Source: Octopus sinensis (taxonomy: Eukaryota). From it: DNA of 64,000 nucleotides. The position numbers and the translations under genes were made by a program. Below are positions 40,613 to 54,049 of the stretch, piece by piece (within the stretch, counting starts at the first letter, position 1; the number at the start of each line of letters is the position of its first letter). The stretch covers positions 68,324,001 through 68,388,000 of the forward strand of contig NC_043003.1 in the NCBI RefSeq assembly GCF_006345805.1. The letters run 5' to 3'. Under the pieces are notes generated by a model that was not told the DNA's origin, searched no databases, and was given only the letters and a program-made list of their open reading frames with translations.

Positions 40613-41443
40613 AGCTCAAGTCGGAACAGATATTTACACGAGGCATCTCGAACCTTGCCAAGGCAATATCTGACCTAAAATTTTCAAATCGTCGCACTCG
40701 CGCCAAATTTATCGGCAGCAAATAAATATCAGCCGTCGATTCCATTACGGAATTAACCAAAAATTCATAATTAATCAATATAGGGTGGCAAGGAAAATTT
40801 TGTAGAAATTTATTGCCACCAGCGGCCCAGTGGGAAAAAAATTAAATAGTCATAGACCATTTTTAAGTTCAACATTAACAATTAAGGAACGGCCATAATA
40901 GGCCATTCACCCACTAGAAATAACAGCCAAAGCTTCTACCGCAAATAAAGATCAATTCCGTTAACAGGAGAAAATTAAAAAAACATTTACCCTGTAAATT
41001 AATTTAATCAGGTTAGTTTACCATTAAACAGCGGATGAAACGGTATACCGTACAAGAAATTACAGGGTAAATGTTTTTTTAATTTTCTCCTGTTAACGGA
41101 ATTGATCTTTATTTGCGTAGAAGCTTTGGCTGTTATTTCTAGTGGGCGAATGGCCTATTATGGCCGTTCCTTAATTGTTAATGTTGAACTTAAAAATAGT
41201 CTATGACTATTTAATTTTTTTCCCACTGGGCCGCTGGTGGCAATAAATTTCTACAAAATTTTCCTTGCCACCCTATATTGATTAATTATGAATTTTTTGG
41301 TTAATTCCGTAATGGAATCGACGGCTGATATTTATTTGCTGCCGATAATTTGGCGCGAGTGCGACGATTTGAAAATTTTAGGTCAGATATTGCCTTGGCA
41401 AGGTTCGAGATGCCTCGTGTAAATATCTGTTCCGACTTGAGCT

Positions 41444-41550
41444 ATTTCTTGCTGAAGAATTCGAGGGCTTATGGAAGATTGGCTTGATTTAATTTAATCA
41501 GGTTAGTTTACCATTAAACAGCGGATGAAACGGTATACCGTACAAGAAAT
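41444..41550 (+). ncRNA. Type I hammerhead ribozyme with extended stem II
   Basis: Stem I ATTTCTTG/CAAGAAAT (8 bp), core CTGAAGA 41452-58, stem II ATTCG/CGGAT, GAAA 41527-30, palindromic stem III ACGGTATACCGT, GUA cleavage site after 41542. Confidence 0.9.
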
Positions 41551-41772
41551 TACAGGGTAAATGTTTTTTTAATTTTCTCCTGTTAACGGAATTGATCTTT
41601 ATTTGCGGTAGAAGCTTTGGCTGTTATTTCTAGTGGGTGAATGGCCTATTATGGCCGTTCCTTAATTGTTAATGTTGAACTTAAAAATAGTCTATGACTA
41701 TTTAATTTTTTTCCCACTGGGCCGCTGGTGGCAATAAATTTCTACAAAATTTTCCTTGCCACCCTATATTGA

Positions 41773-41812
<40 letters not shown>

Positions 41813-42414
41813 CCTTAGAAAAAAGGGTGATTTATTTTTATTCATTTATTTATTTATTCATTTTGCATCGTCTGTGTCATACTGCTTAACGGTTGTGCTG
41901 ACAGCACTTTGAGGTTTTCAATAGGTGTGTATGATTCACAAATATTTTTATGTTACTTTGACCTCTCAATGTAATTTTCTTTGTTCTTGGAAAGGAGATG
42001 AAAATTACTTCCAAAATGGGACTTAATGGAAGATTGAAATCTAATTTAATAAACTGTAATACTCTATTATTCAGGTGAAAAGGAAAGCTTGTTTAAAGTA
42101 ATATATTGGTTAATCGTCGTACAGGGAAATAATTTTCCATACTGTTTCTTTACTTTAGGTTATAGTAGGACGTATTTGGGTATTTTTAGGGAATAATTGC
42201 TGCTAATGAAACACTTTGGTGAACATTAATTACGGTTATTGTTTAAGTATCCTTTCTTCTGAGCTGTTAGCTCGCGGTCTTGAATTAGAATTTTGCTAAA
42301 CCTTCTATAAAAGAGTATTTTAATGTTCTTCATAAGAGGCCTTATTTTATATCAAAGGTTTCTGTAACACATGTATAACAAACATAACGAATTTTCTGTA
42401 TTGTCGCCTCACTC

Positions 42415-42786
42415 ATTGGCCCAGTGCTTAGGGCAGCGCCTCGTGGTCGTAGGATCCCGGCTTTGATTCCCAGGCCAGGCGTTATGAGTGTTTATTGAGC
42501 GAAAACACCTAAAGTTCCACGAGACTCCGGCAGCAGTTGCTGGTGAACCCTGCTTTACTCTTTCACCACAGCTTTCTCTCACTCTTTCTTCTTCTTTCTG
42601 TTGTACCTGTATTTCAAAGAGGCCAGCTTTGTCACACTCTGTGTCACGCTGAATCTCCCCGAGAACTACGTTAAGGGTACATGTGGCTGAGGAGTGCTCA
42701 GCCACTTGCACGTTAATTTCACGAGCAGGCTGTTCTGTTGATCGGATCAACTGGAACCCTCGTCGTCGTAACCGATGGAGTGCCAC
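42415..42786 (+). mobile_element. SINE family C (tRNA-Arg-like head)
   Basis: TGGCCCAGTG.TTAGGGC, TTGATTCCC, conserved body ending GTCGTCGTAACCGA.GGAGTG; second copy at 59690-60062. Confidence 0.9.
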
Positions 42787-44334
42787 GATCGTTTAAAATA
42801 GTGATGTATGTATAACTTCGAGGAAAATTTTTATTTGCAAAGTAAGTTTAACAAATAAGATATGAATACAGCGACATTTGGTCTATCTGAGATTCTCGAA
42901 GAATTAACAAAACTGCCTTCCCTACCATCTTTTAATATCCTAAGATTGTGGAATATTCAGTGTTATGTTCCATGTCCGTGGGAGCGTGTACGAGGGATCC
43001 AATTGCCGGAAGAGTTATTTGCAAACATCATTTTATCAAAGTTTTCTTGAAAAACTGGAACAAGCAATGCCTTGTTGTGTGCGGCTGTACTTATGTTATC
43101 GCTGTATAAAAGGTATAAAAGATAGAACAGAAAAGGGGATTGTGATTGGGAGCAGGCAGAAGAGAACTACCAACACACACAGAAATGAGCAATCTGATAG
43201 GATGCTGCAGGTGAATCAGTTAAGAGGTGGTAAAAGCCAGTAAACTGGAAGTTCCGAGCAAGGTTACTAAGATTCGCAACATTATTTTCACTGAAAATTT
43301 CCAAAGCAAGATCCCCCTAGTGAGTGACATAAATGAATGAATCTGTCCTAAGTCTGGCTTTGCAGAAGCCATGTTGTGTGATCACTGTGGAGAGGGAGTG
43401 ATGTTTGAGTATGGTATCATTAAATTCATCTCCATTACCTTAAGGTGAAAGCAATTGGGCAAAATTTAGTTTTGATGTCTTTAGAATGTCACTATGTGAG
43501 GCGTACTTTTTGGATATATCTGCATAAAGAGTGAGAGATTAAAGAACTTGTTATGTACAGAAGCATATTCTGGGATGCATAAAATGGACGATGATCTTAT
43601 TGTTTGAATCGGTTGACTGAACGCCTGCACGTGGCATGTGGGGTGGGGTCGTATGTGGTTGGAAAGAGGAAACTTTGTCAAGCAACGCTTAAGGACATGT
43701 AGTGTAGGGGTTGGATTCAAAAAAGGAACCGAATGTGGCAGCTTTGCCCATGAGATCCTGCACACGGGATCAACATTGTGTTGACGACCAGCCACAACAC
43801 TATTAAATGCAGTTCCCAAGGGGAGAAATTTTAAGGAATGTGTGATGCAGTAAAACATTAATGAAAACCCGGTTAGTGATCTTACGCAAGTGCCGCTTTT
43901 GGCTGCATTCCAGCCAGTTTTGAGAAGTGGATAAGATTCTTAATATCCCAAACTGGAAAATATTCTAAACTAATAGTACACGTTAGTTTCCATCTGGAAA
44001 ATAACAAGTATGACTTATCCTTGTGGATATGAAAGTGAAGCTGAGAATTACAGAAATAAAGTTGTTGCTCGTCTACTCAACCTTTCTATGTACCACATAT
44101 TATTATACTTTCGAGAAGTTTCACATGATGTTCTGAAAATTTTAGCGTATATGTCATACCTGCGCATAATATATGTATATATGCCATGAAGAGTATATGT
44201 CATAACTTCGTCTTACTCTTGATATGACGCCAATCAAATGTTTCGTAAGAAAAGAACATGAATTCACTATATTTTCTTCTTTATAAATGAGATGTAGTCC
44301 ATCGGAATATAGATTACAGTAATGCAAAATGATG

Positions 44335-44790
44335 GACAGAAATGTTAGCACGCCGGGCGAAATACTTAGCGGTATTTCATCTGTAAGGCAATGAATTGGC
44401 AGAATCGTTAGCACACCGGGTGAAATGCTTAGCAGAATTTCATCTGCCGCTACATTCTGATTTCAAATTCCACCGAGGTCGACTTTGCCTTTTATCCTTT
44501 CGAGGTCGATTAAATAAGTACCAGTTACGCACTGGAGACGTTATGATCGACTTAATCCGTTTGTCTGTCCTTGTTTGTCCTCTCTGTGTTTAGCCACTTG
44601 TGGGTAGTAAAGAAATAGGTATTTCATCTGTCTTACGTGATGAGTTTAAATTCCGAAGAAATCGACTTTGCCTTTCATCCTTTCGGGGTCGATAAATCAA
44701 GTACCAGATGCGAACTGGGGTCGATTTAATCGACTAGCCCTCCCCCCCAAAATAAAATTAGGGCCTTGTGCCTAGAGTATAAAAGATTGC
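44335..44790 (+). mobile_element. SINE family B with duplicated head
   Basis: GTTAGCAC.CCGGG.GAAAT twice, then the dimeric core. Confidence 0.92.
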
Positions 44791-45503
44791 TTGCAGTAAA
44801 GATATTCAGCGTCGAAGTTTACTTTATCTGACTTCTGAAAGTGTTCAATGATTGGCACAAGGCAACGTCATTTTCAAAATAGAGTGCTGTGCATTTATTT
44901 TATGTTCCCTAGAATCATGGTTCATAAAACAAATGCAGGCAATATTTAAAATCCAATAGTTTAAGTGTAAAGTGCTTCTCTTGATCAACAAGTTATCAAT
45001 ACCGCTGAACTTAAAACACAAAGAAACTGTTTTAAGAAACAAGTATTAAATCAATATCTGTAACATTTTAGCGTATTTTATAGAATTGTTCTTCTCGATC
45101 TATTACATTCTTCATGAAATGCTCTATTGCCAAACATATCCGATTTTCTTTGATAGCTATAATATCGTCTTTTATGCACATCATATAATGTTCATGGACA
45201 CCAATAAGATTAGCTTAAAGTGGCGGAGAGACCGTTCTTTACAATAAATGGATACACAATATGAACCAGCATGTATTATGGTAAGTTCGAAAACGTGCAA
45301 AAATTGAGCTTATCCATGAAATCAGTTGACAAAGTATTTCGGGTTATTTAGAATGTATGAAGAATAATCTAACAAGATAACTCTAACATGATTAACCAAC
45401 GGATATTTTGGAGAAATATAGGCAATCGACATAGTAGTGGAGCTTGGCTTTAAATAAAAACCCGTAAAGGAAATGGACACGTTTCTATATTATATCGTTC
45501 AAC

Positions 45504-45785
45504 ATAGGCGCAGGAGTAGCTGCGTAGTAAGTCCCGGGTTCAGTCCCACTGCGTGACACTTTGGTCAACTGTCTTCTACTTTAGCCTAGGGCTGACTATA
45601 TATATAAAGTAACACATATAGATGCATACATACGTTGCTGAAAAGTGTGTTGTGTTAAGACAAAAGTCATTTGACCGCGGCCATTCTGGAGCACCACCTT
45701 TAATCGAGCAAATCAATTGCAGGACTTATTCTTTGTAAGGTTATTACTTATTGTATCGGTTTACGGGGACGTAAACACACCAGTT
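45504..45785. mobile_element. Family A SINE fragments: plus-strand head (45504-45600) and minus-strand tail (45665-45785)
   Basis: Family A motifs in opposite orientations. Confidence 0.75.
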
Positions 45786-45790
45786 TTTGA

Positions 45791-45949
45791 GGGTTTGTTG
45801 GACACAGTGTGAGACGACTGTTGTTATCTCTAGGCCTAACTCATCGTAAAGTCAATACCATCATGACCGATATCCAAACTACAGTGGAGAAGGCTAGCCA
45901 CTGGATTTGCTTAAAAAGAGACGATGAGCGATGGCTGGAAGAATATTGA
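45791..45949 (+). mobile_element. C-terminus of a HERO-like non-LTR retrotransposon
   Basis: GFVGHSVRRLLLSLGLTHRKVNTIMTDIQTTVEKASHWICLKRDDERW resembles the HERO C-terminal RGF.G.S....LG...AE.AS.W.W.KR....W pattern. Confidence 0.75.
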
Positions 45950-46121
45950 GCTTTATTTGATAACCAGCTGATCTAGCCAGCAGGGCCTCATATCAGTGAG
46001 AGGGACGGTGTGCATTGATGCCGTCGAGAGAAAATATAGTTAGAATAGATTAAAGGAGGTGATTGAAACGATCAGTCTCAACCTACGGCCGTTACAGAAA
46101 GTTTAAGACAAATATGGGAGA

Positions 46122-46645
46122 ATGGAGCAGATAAAATCCAGTCTACATATGTTTCCTAGCCTGCAGATAAGTAGTAATAAATGGTCAACGAGAGTGGGAT
46201 ACTTCGCTAGCGACTCATCAGGCCGAAGATAACTTAATTAAATGAAGATTACATTGCCATTAAGGTATCCCAAATTAACTCGCCGGGGATGTAATTTAAA
46301 TTTAGTGTCCTCTCCTTTTCCTTTATTTTTAACAATCTTATAAAATTGCCCATTCCTATATTTTTGACCTCCTCCATCTTTTCTGTTACGGACCATTTTA
46401 TTTCTTCATACATACGTTTTTCTATATATTTTTTTGCACTCCATTCTTCTGGCTTCATCACTCATTTAGATTTATTTATTTCCCCTGCGAGTAAATTTGG
46501 GATTCCTTAATGACAACGTAACAGCTTATAACTAAGATATCTTCGTCTTCGTGAGTAGCTAGCAGAGTATCCCTCGTTAAGTAATTATTATTTCCGAGAT
46601 TCTGCTATCTAGGAAACATGTTACTTCGATTCTACCTGCTCCGTT
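46122..46645. repeat. Diverged inverted repeat, arms about 185 bp, spacer about 150 bp
   Basis: ATGTTTCCTAG/CTAGGAAACAT, CATTAAGG.ATCCCAAATT.ACTCGC/GCGAGT.AATTTGGGAT.CCTTAATG. Confidence 0.85.
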
Positions 46646-47094
46646 GTGATGACGGTTTTGCCGATGATTTTGAATATCAGCAATAATAAAGAATGGAAAA
46701 AATAACACTACTGTTTTATACATGTCATATTGGACATACAATAAGATATATATCGTTTTCCGTTGCAGAAAAATGTCGATTGACAGATAAGCTGATATAG
46801 TAAAATGTATCCCCCATTCTTTTTGTTTTAGATATAAATTTCCTGTTAATTGCGCTATAACCTGTGTTAATTCAAGGTTATAGCTTGCTATATAACACTT
46901 TGCGATTTATTTTAAATGTGCAACCGTTATCATCAGTCGTTTAAATATTCTTTATTGTCGTCAATATATGCCTCTTTCTTCAAAATGTAGTACTGTTGGT
47001 AAAACAGCCAACTGTTCAGCACTGTACGTATGTGCTAGCTAGGAAACATACGAATGAGAAAATGCCATATGGAGGATTAGTAAGTATCGTTGCT

Positions 47095-47715
47095 GTTATA
47101 TCTTGCTCGCTTCAGTCAATGGATTGCGGCCATGCTGAGGCACCGCCTTGAAAATATTAGCTTAACAAATCACACTACTTATGTTCTTAGGTTTGCTATT
47201 TATTTATTCAATCTGTAACTTTTCGAACCTTCTATGTTATGGGAACATAAAGAACAAATGTCTGTCGTCTGACAGTGGATTGGGATAAACACAAATGTAC
47301 ATACATGTACAAGCACACATGTACACTGTGATTAAGCGGATTTATATAACGTGCTTTGTATCTCCAACCAATCCTTAATGTCAGGGTTCATGGTTAGTTA
47401 TATGTGAAACCGAAGATTCTGGGAAGCCCCGAAAAAAGAACGAGAAGGCCGATGCAAGAAGTGGAATGAAAAGAGAAAGGGTGAATAAAAATGGAAAAAG
47501 AAACGAAAAGAAAATGAATATTGAATGTTACCTTCCCTTTGACTGTTGAAATTATACTTAATCCAGCTGTTGCGAAATAATTCAACAGTGACATCGTTTT
47601 CAGTTTCCTTGCATCAAATTAATTCAGAACGCTTTGGTCGGTCCGGCACTATAGAAGACAGATGTGCAAGGTGATGCAAGATTGGATTGAACCAAATTGA
47701 ATAGCGAGCTTCGTA
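47095..47715 (-). mobile_element. Decayed family A SINE with an internal insertion
   Basis: Tail GCGGCCATGCTG at about 47126, head TTTCAGTTTCC..CTATAGAAGAC at 47598-47670. Confidence 0.65.
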
Positions 47716-49059
47716 ACTAAACAGCCATGACTGTTTCCCTTATTTTGTTCCGGGTCAGAATTCCTGACCAACCCCTTTTTTTTTTAGACTTTCCAACGCT
47801 TTACAAACTAATGCCTGATAAACTTTCTTTTTAAGAAGTGTATTAGATATATTCCCTTATTTTACTTTTAATACGATTTGACGGTTATTACTCTGTTAAT
47901 TTTTCTAGAAGGTTTAGTAACAGAAAGACAACTACCTTTTTCAAAAGTGTGTGTTTAAAGGATATTCTTTCACTTAATAGTGTACAATTTTATCTACTCT
48001 TTAAAATAGATATATCTTTTTACGTCTCAGAATTCAAATGCTTCGAGACTTGTTTGTTCATTTTTATCTCCTAGTCTCTTATCGTATGGAATACATTTCC
48101 CTTTTGGAAATATCATCTTACGTCTTGTGGGTTATCTTATTTGAGATGTTGTATAAATGTTTCTTCTCTTCTTTAATATAGCCTTCCAATCGACTTTTCA
48201 CTAGCAGCGATTCTTATCTTTTCTCAGAAAACTTTGTCCATTCAACCTTGGCATCCTTATTATTGCGAAGATGTTACTATTCTAAAGGAAAACACGTAAC
48301 TCGCTTATATCTCTAGATATTGTTAGTTTCGAAAACTACAAGTGGCTAAGCACTCCACAGACACGGGTACCCTTGTACGTTATTTAACGAGCAAGATGTT
48401 CCATTGATCCCCAAAAATTCCATCATTGCAAGGGTTCTAAAAGGTTGCCTAGGTTGATATGGAATACTTTAAGTAGTAGATTTTCTATATGCTTTCATAA
48501 ATTGTTGTTGATGCATCAAATTTATGAGGGCTATGCTGAAATTTATGCATTTATGCTAAAGCAGGGGGAAACCTTTTATTAACTGACATAGATCGTTCAA
48601 ATTGCACTTATTGTTAGAATAACATTACCAAGATATTACCTTAAATATTCTTGTTCTTCTACAGGAAATTAATGCGTAGGAATCAGAAACACAGTTTCGG
48701 TATTGATTGCTTGACGAAGAACGTGTGCACGCTATATAACACGAAGTGAAGAATGCAGATTGGTTACCGTGACGACAGCATTGACATGAGCAGATGCACG
48801 GATAGGCAAAGACATTTAAAGAAGGTGCAATCAAGAAAGCACGATGTTGGGGACTATCAACTGCGTCCACAAGCACATATCACCGGCAAGGACTTAACAA
48901 TACATTCCAGGCTATGATAAAAGACTTCTGGTATGGGGAAATGTGTAGAAAGGTTTTACGTCAAAATTTGACACACAATTTGGAGGACATATATAAGTGT
49001 TCTGAAAGAAGATGTGGAGCACCAATACACATATATATGTATAAGCTCCATATCTTCTT

Positions 49060-49770
49060 CCAGAACATTTCCATTTCCTCAGTCTTAGGTGGCTCCTTAA
49101 CTTCTATCTTACTTTTGCCAAATTCCCAATAAAATTTATTTGCATCAGTTTTGAATATCTTGTTTTGTCGATAAAATTTGATTCTTGTGTCATACAATCG
49201 GAGTCGTTGGGCTTTCGGTTGCATTCGTCGTTTCAATTGTTTCTTGGTTATCTGTCAAGTCACAAGAAGGACCTCAGACAGACCATGCCTTCCTTAAGGT
49301 ATGCGCTATGCGCAAAAAGGCTGGTTTTTGAAAGACATCAATCTTGCATCGGACTTCCAGCTGTTTTAGAGAAGTCTTGAAGTTTCAATGGGATTGAGCC
49401 CAACGCTCCGATCAACACTGGTATCCTGCATAACTTTATTTAGTACATGCTCAGCTTAGTTCTCTATTAATTCATATTGGTATTTACGGCATGAGAGCCA
49501 AAGAAGTTGCACTCACTCTGTATCGTGGCGGCGCTTGTATTCTTTTTGTGCAAGGCTCTCACATCCACTTACTAAGTGGGTCACATTTTCCCCATTCTTT
49601 CCACAGAGTCTGCATTTCTGGGTGTCAGAAGTTTTATATATGTTATACTTCGCCGAATTGCTAGCGAGAGCGTGGTCTTGTGCAGCAATAATCAAGCTTT
49701 CGGCAGCACGCTTCAAATCACCTCGTTCAAGTGATGCCCAGTATGCTGTATTACCTTTAATATCCCGTGT
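49060..49770 (-). mobile_element. R4/Dong-clade non-LTR fragments
   Basis: AQRLRLYDTRIKFYRQNKIFKTDA..FY...FWKKIW; ESLIIAAQDHAL...KCRLCGK..ENVTHLVSGCESLAQKEYKRRHD (CCHC); VLIGALGSIP (RLE). Confidence 0.9.
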
Positions 49771-49775
49771 ATTAC

Positions 49776-50001
49776 TTCTTCTTCTTCTTTCTTCTTCTTC
49801 TTCTTCTCCTTCTTCTTCTTCTTCTTCTTCTTCTTCTTCTTCTTCTTCTTCTTCTTCTTCTTCTTCTTCTTCTTCTTCTTCTTCTTCTTCTTCTTCTTCT
49901 TCTTCTCCTTCTTCTTCTTCTTCTTCTTCTTCTTCTTCTTCTTCTTCTTCTTCTTCTTTTCTTTATTTACTTCTTATTGTTGTTGTTGTTGTTGTTATTA
50001 C

Positions 50002-50042
<41 letters not shown>

Positions 50043-50080
50043 TATTATTATTACTATTATTATTATTATTATTATTATTG
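49776..50080. repeat. Compound (CTT)n/(GTT)n/(ATT)n microsatellite
   Basis: Direct reading. Confidence 0.95.
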
Positions 50081-50149
50081 TATGAAAACTCACAGCGTGT
50101 TTTGCTGGGTATGATGGAAAATGTCGGCTGAGAACAAACAGCAAACTTA

Positions 50150-51507
<1,358 letters not shown>

Positions 51508-52906
51508 AGGTTTCTAGCGGGTAGTAACAGGAAGTGTAGGCGCATGAGCAAACAAATAACCTTCATGTTCTATTTCCCTACATACATTACAGAGGTTTAA
51601 TAAATTGTGCCCCTTCCTTTTAAACATGGTAGATTTTGGCTGAAGAGATATTCTCTTTTTACAAGTAGAATGTACTGTAACCCATATAGAAACGCTATTG
51701 CTATCATAACTGTTGTCTATCAAAAATCAAATCTATGACATGCTTGTACATGTATTCCGTCATGCTTGAGGTTCGATAATCAGAAATAATGAGGGTGTGC
51801 TTCCCTCTCAACATTCTGAAGATTTTGAAAATATTCTAAGGCAACACCTTCAGAGTTCAATTTCGAAAAGTCATCTTTTGTAATGCAATCATATATTTTT
51901 GAGTCTAGTTTGATTTGTATGCTTCTCAGCCACTCAGCAGTGCTTCACCTATTCACCCATGATAACTTCTTTCAAATGGTGGCCCTGTAGGTTTGTTTCA
52001 ATCTTTTTAGCAATGCATTCGGTAGCCATGTTTTAGTTGAGATTTAGACGTTTTCACAATATCAGTTTTCTTCTTTCTCTTCCTAACTGTCTCCCATTTT
52101 AGCTTCTGTTTTTATCATTTTGCATTTGCTACTTTGCTGAAAAAAACAGAGAATGAGCTTGTATTTTGTTTGTATTTTATATGCTTTATATGTATGCTTT
52201 TGTTTATTCTTACCAGATATTTTCTATCTTAAAAGCGGATTTCCTACAATAGCTTATATTAATATTTTCTCGCATATCTCTTTATTCCTGATAAATGTAA
52301 TCTTTCTGTGTCAGGTATTTTGTGTTGTATTCTAAATGCAGCTTCCTTTTTTTTCATGTTTTACCGTCTAGTCTCTTAAATACTTTACCGTTCATCTGAG
52401 AATACTGTAAATTTAACATATAACAGTGAAAATTATGAGATCTAGAGTATTGATTCCTATTATCTCATGGTTTTCGTTTACAACTGTGTTCAGTATTGAT
52501 CTAATATTTATAATATTGCGACATAAGATATAATATTTCTATATAAACTTATAATATTCCTACACAAACTTTACTTTCATTTGTATGCGCGGGATTCTGT
52601 AAAGTTCAACGATTTCTATGTATTTGTACCTTCGTATTTGGTTGTATCTGTTTGCTTATCTAACACTTCATTAGATTTGTTCTTGCTTTATTCTCTTATC
52701 TTTTTAAATGCTTTAACGCAGTTTTCTAATCTGTTGATCCAGTAAATCCGTGTTCTCAATGGAGCATTATTTCTTGCTGTTTATCATTTACAATATATAA
52801 TTGAAGATATTTCATATCCGTATGTGTACAGACATATGTATATATGCATATGTGTGTGTGTGCGCGTGTGTGTGTGTGTTTCATATGTATGAGTATTCAT
52901 GTATGC

Positions 52907-52955
<49 letters not shown>

Positions 52956-53004
52956 GAGAGAGTGAAATAGAATCACATATAAACAAATACACTTACATAT
53001 ATAA

Positions 53005-53048
<44 letters not shown>

Positions 53049-54049
53049 CATAAATTCATACGTACAATATGTATGTACGTAAGACAATTTTTCAGTAGCC
53101 TCTAATAGCATATGATTCCAAATCCAGAATTATTTCATTAGCTCTTCACAGTTACGCTAACATCGGATGGCAACAACCAACCCCACTACTATTGCAGACA
53201 ATGACCTTGGTCTCTGTTTTCGTTGTTTTAAATGTTCTATTTCAATTCCTACATGCTTTGGACTTAATTCACACATCTTAGTTCACATTAACTCCAATAT
53301 CCTACAGACACTACACTTTCAACGGGGAAGGTGAACAGAATGTACTCTTGCATTTTGGTGAAGAGTCTCCTCAAATCTCAAAATTCTTTCATAGATTTTT
53401 TGTAGAACAGAGGACAGTATTTTACAGCAGATCAGTAATGCGATTCTCAATTCCAATATACTAGCAATGTGTATTTTACGCTAATGGTTTCGATTACCAC
53501 AGAAATAATTGCCATCTTAGTCTTCTATGATCTCTTCACTTGTCTGATTAGGTCATAATGTTTCTCATCGTTTTCAGTTTCTTTGGTACCTGCTTTGTTT
53601 CCATTTAGCATACAGAATCTATGATCTTACAGTCATTCTTGTACTCTAGAAACGTATCTGGTTTTGTTGCTTGAATAATGTGGTAAGCATTTACGGGGAA
53701 ATCCCGCGAAAACTTTACTGTTATTTTGAATCCACACAATAGGCTTCCTGTACACTATTTTACCGTCACAGCCATGACAGTTATGTTTAATACTTTCGTA
53801 CCATTTTCCGTAAATTCTGCGTTTTTATCCTCCGACTAAGTTTTATCAATACCTTCCTGTGTCAATTTCGTTCTAATGGCTTGTCTCTGAAGTATTGTAT
53901 TTGTGATTTAGTTCCTCTCTTTCTGTCTCAGTCCATTAACCAGAGTCAGCATTCTTCACTATCAACATCTTCGGTTTGTTGCTTAGAATTCCTCGTATAA
54001 TTCCTTTTTCAAGCTAATTGTTCTTCCTTCTGTTCTTGAATTCTCCTTT

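Larger units (their letters stand above)
40384..41780. mobile_element. 490-bp tandem plus inverted array with hammerhead ribozyme (retrozyme-like)
   Basis: Period 490 in both halves (40384/40874; 41001/41491); inversion at about 40997-41000; (TA)n on both flanks. Confidence 0.93.

Noticed and set aside
40569-40778. 69-aa ORF within the 490-bp unit
   Set aside because: No recognisable motif, non-ATG start, and indels differ in the other copy.
42415-42475. SINE heads as tRNA genes
   Set aside because: No complete cloverleaf; they run into SINE bodies.
42989-44030. Possible mariner remnant starting TACGAGGG
   Set aside because: Protein similarity too faint and no matching second TIR.
48665-48930. 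Plus-strand acceptor TTCTTCTACAG followed by GC-richer sequence
   Set aside because: Only short frames with no recognisable protein.
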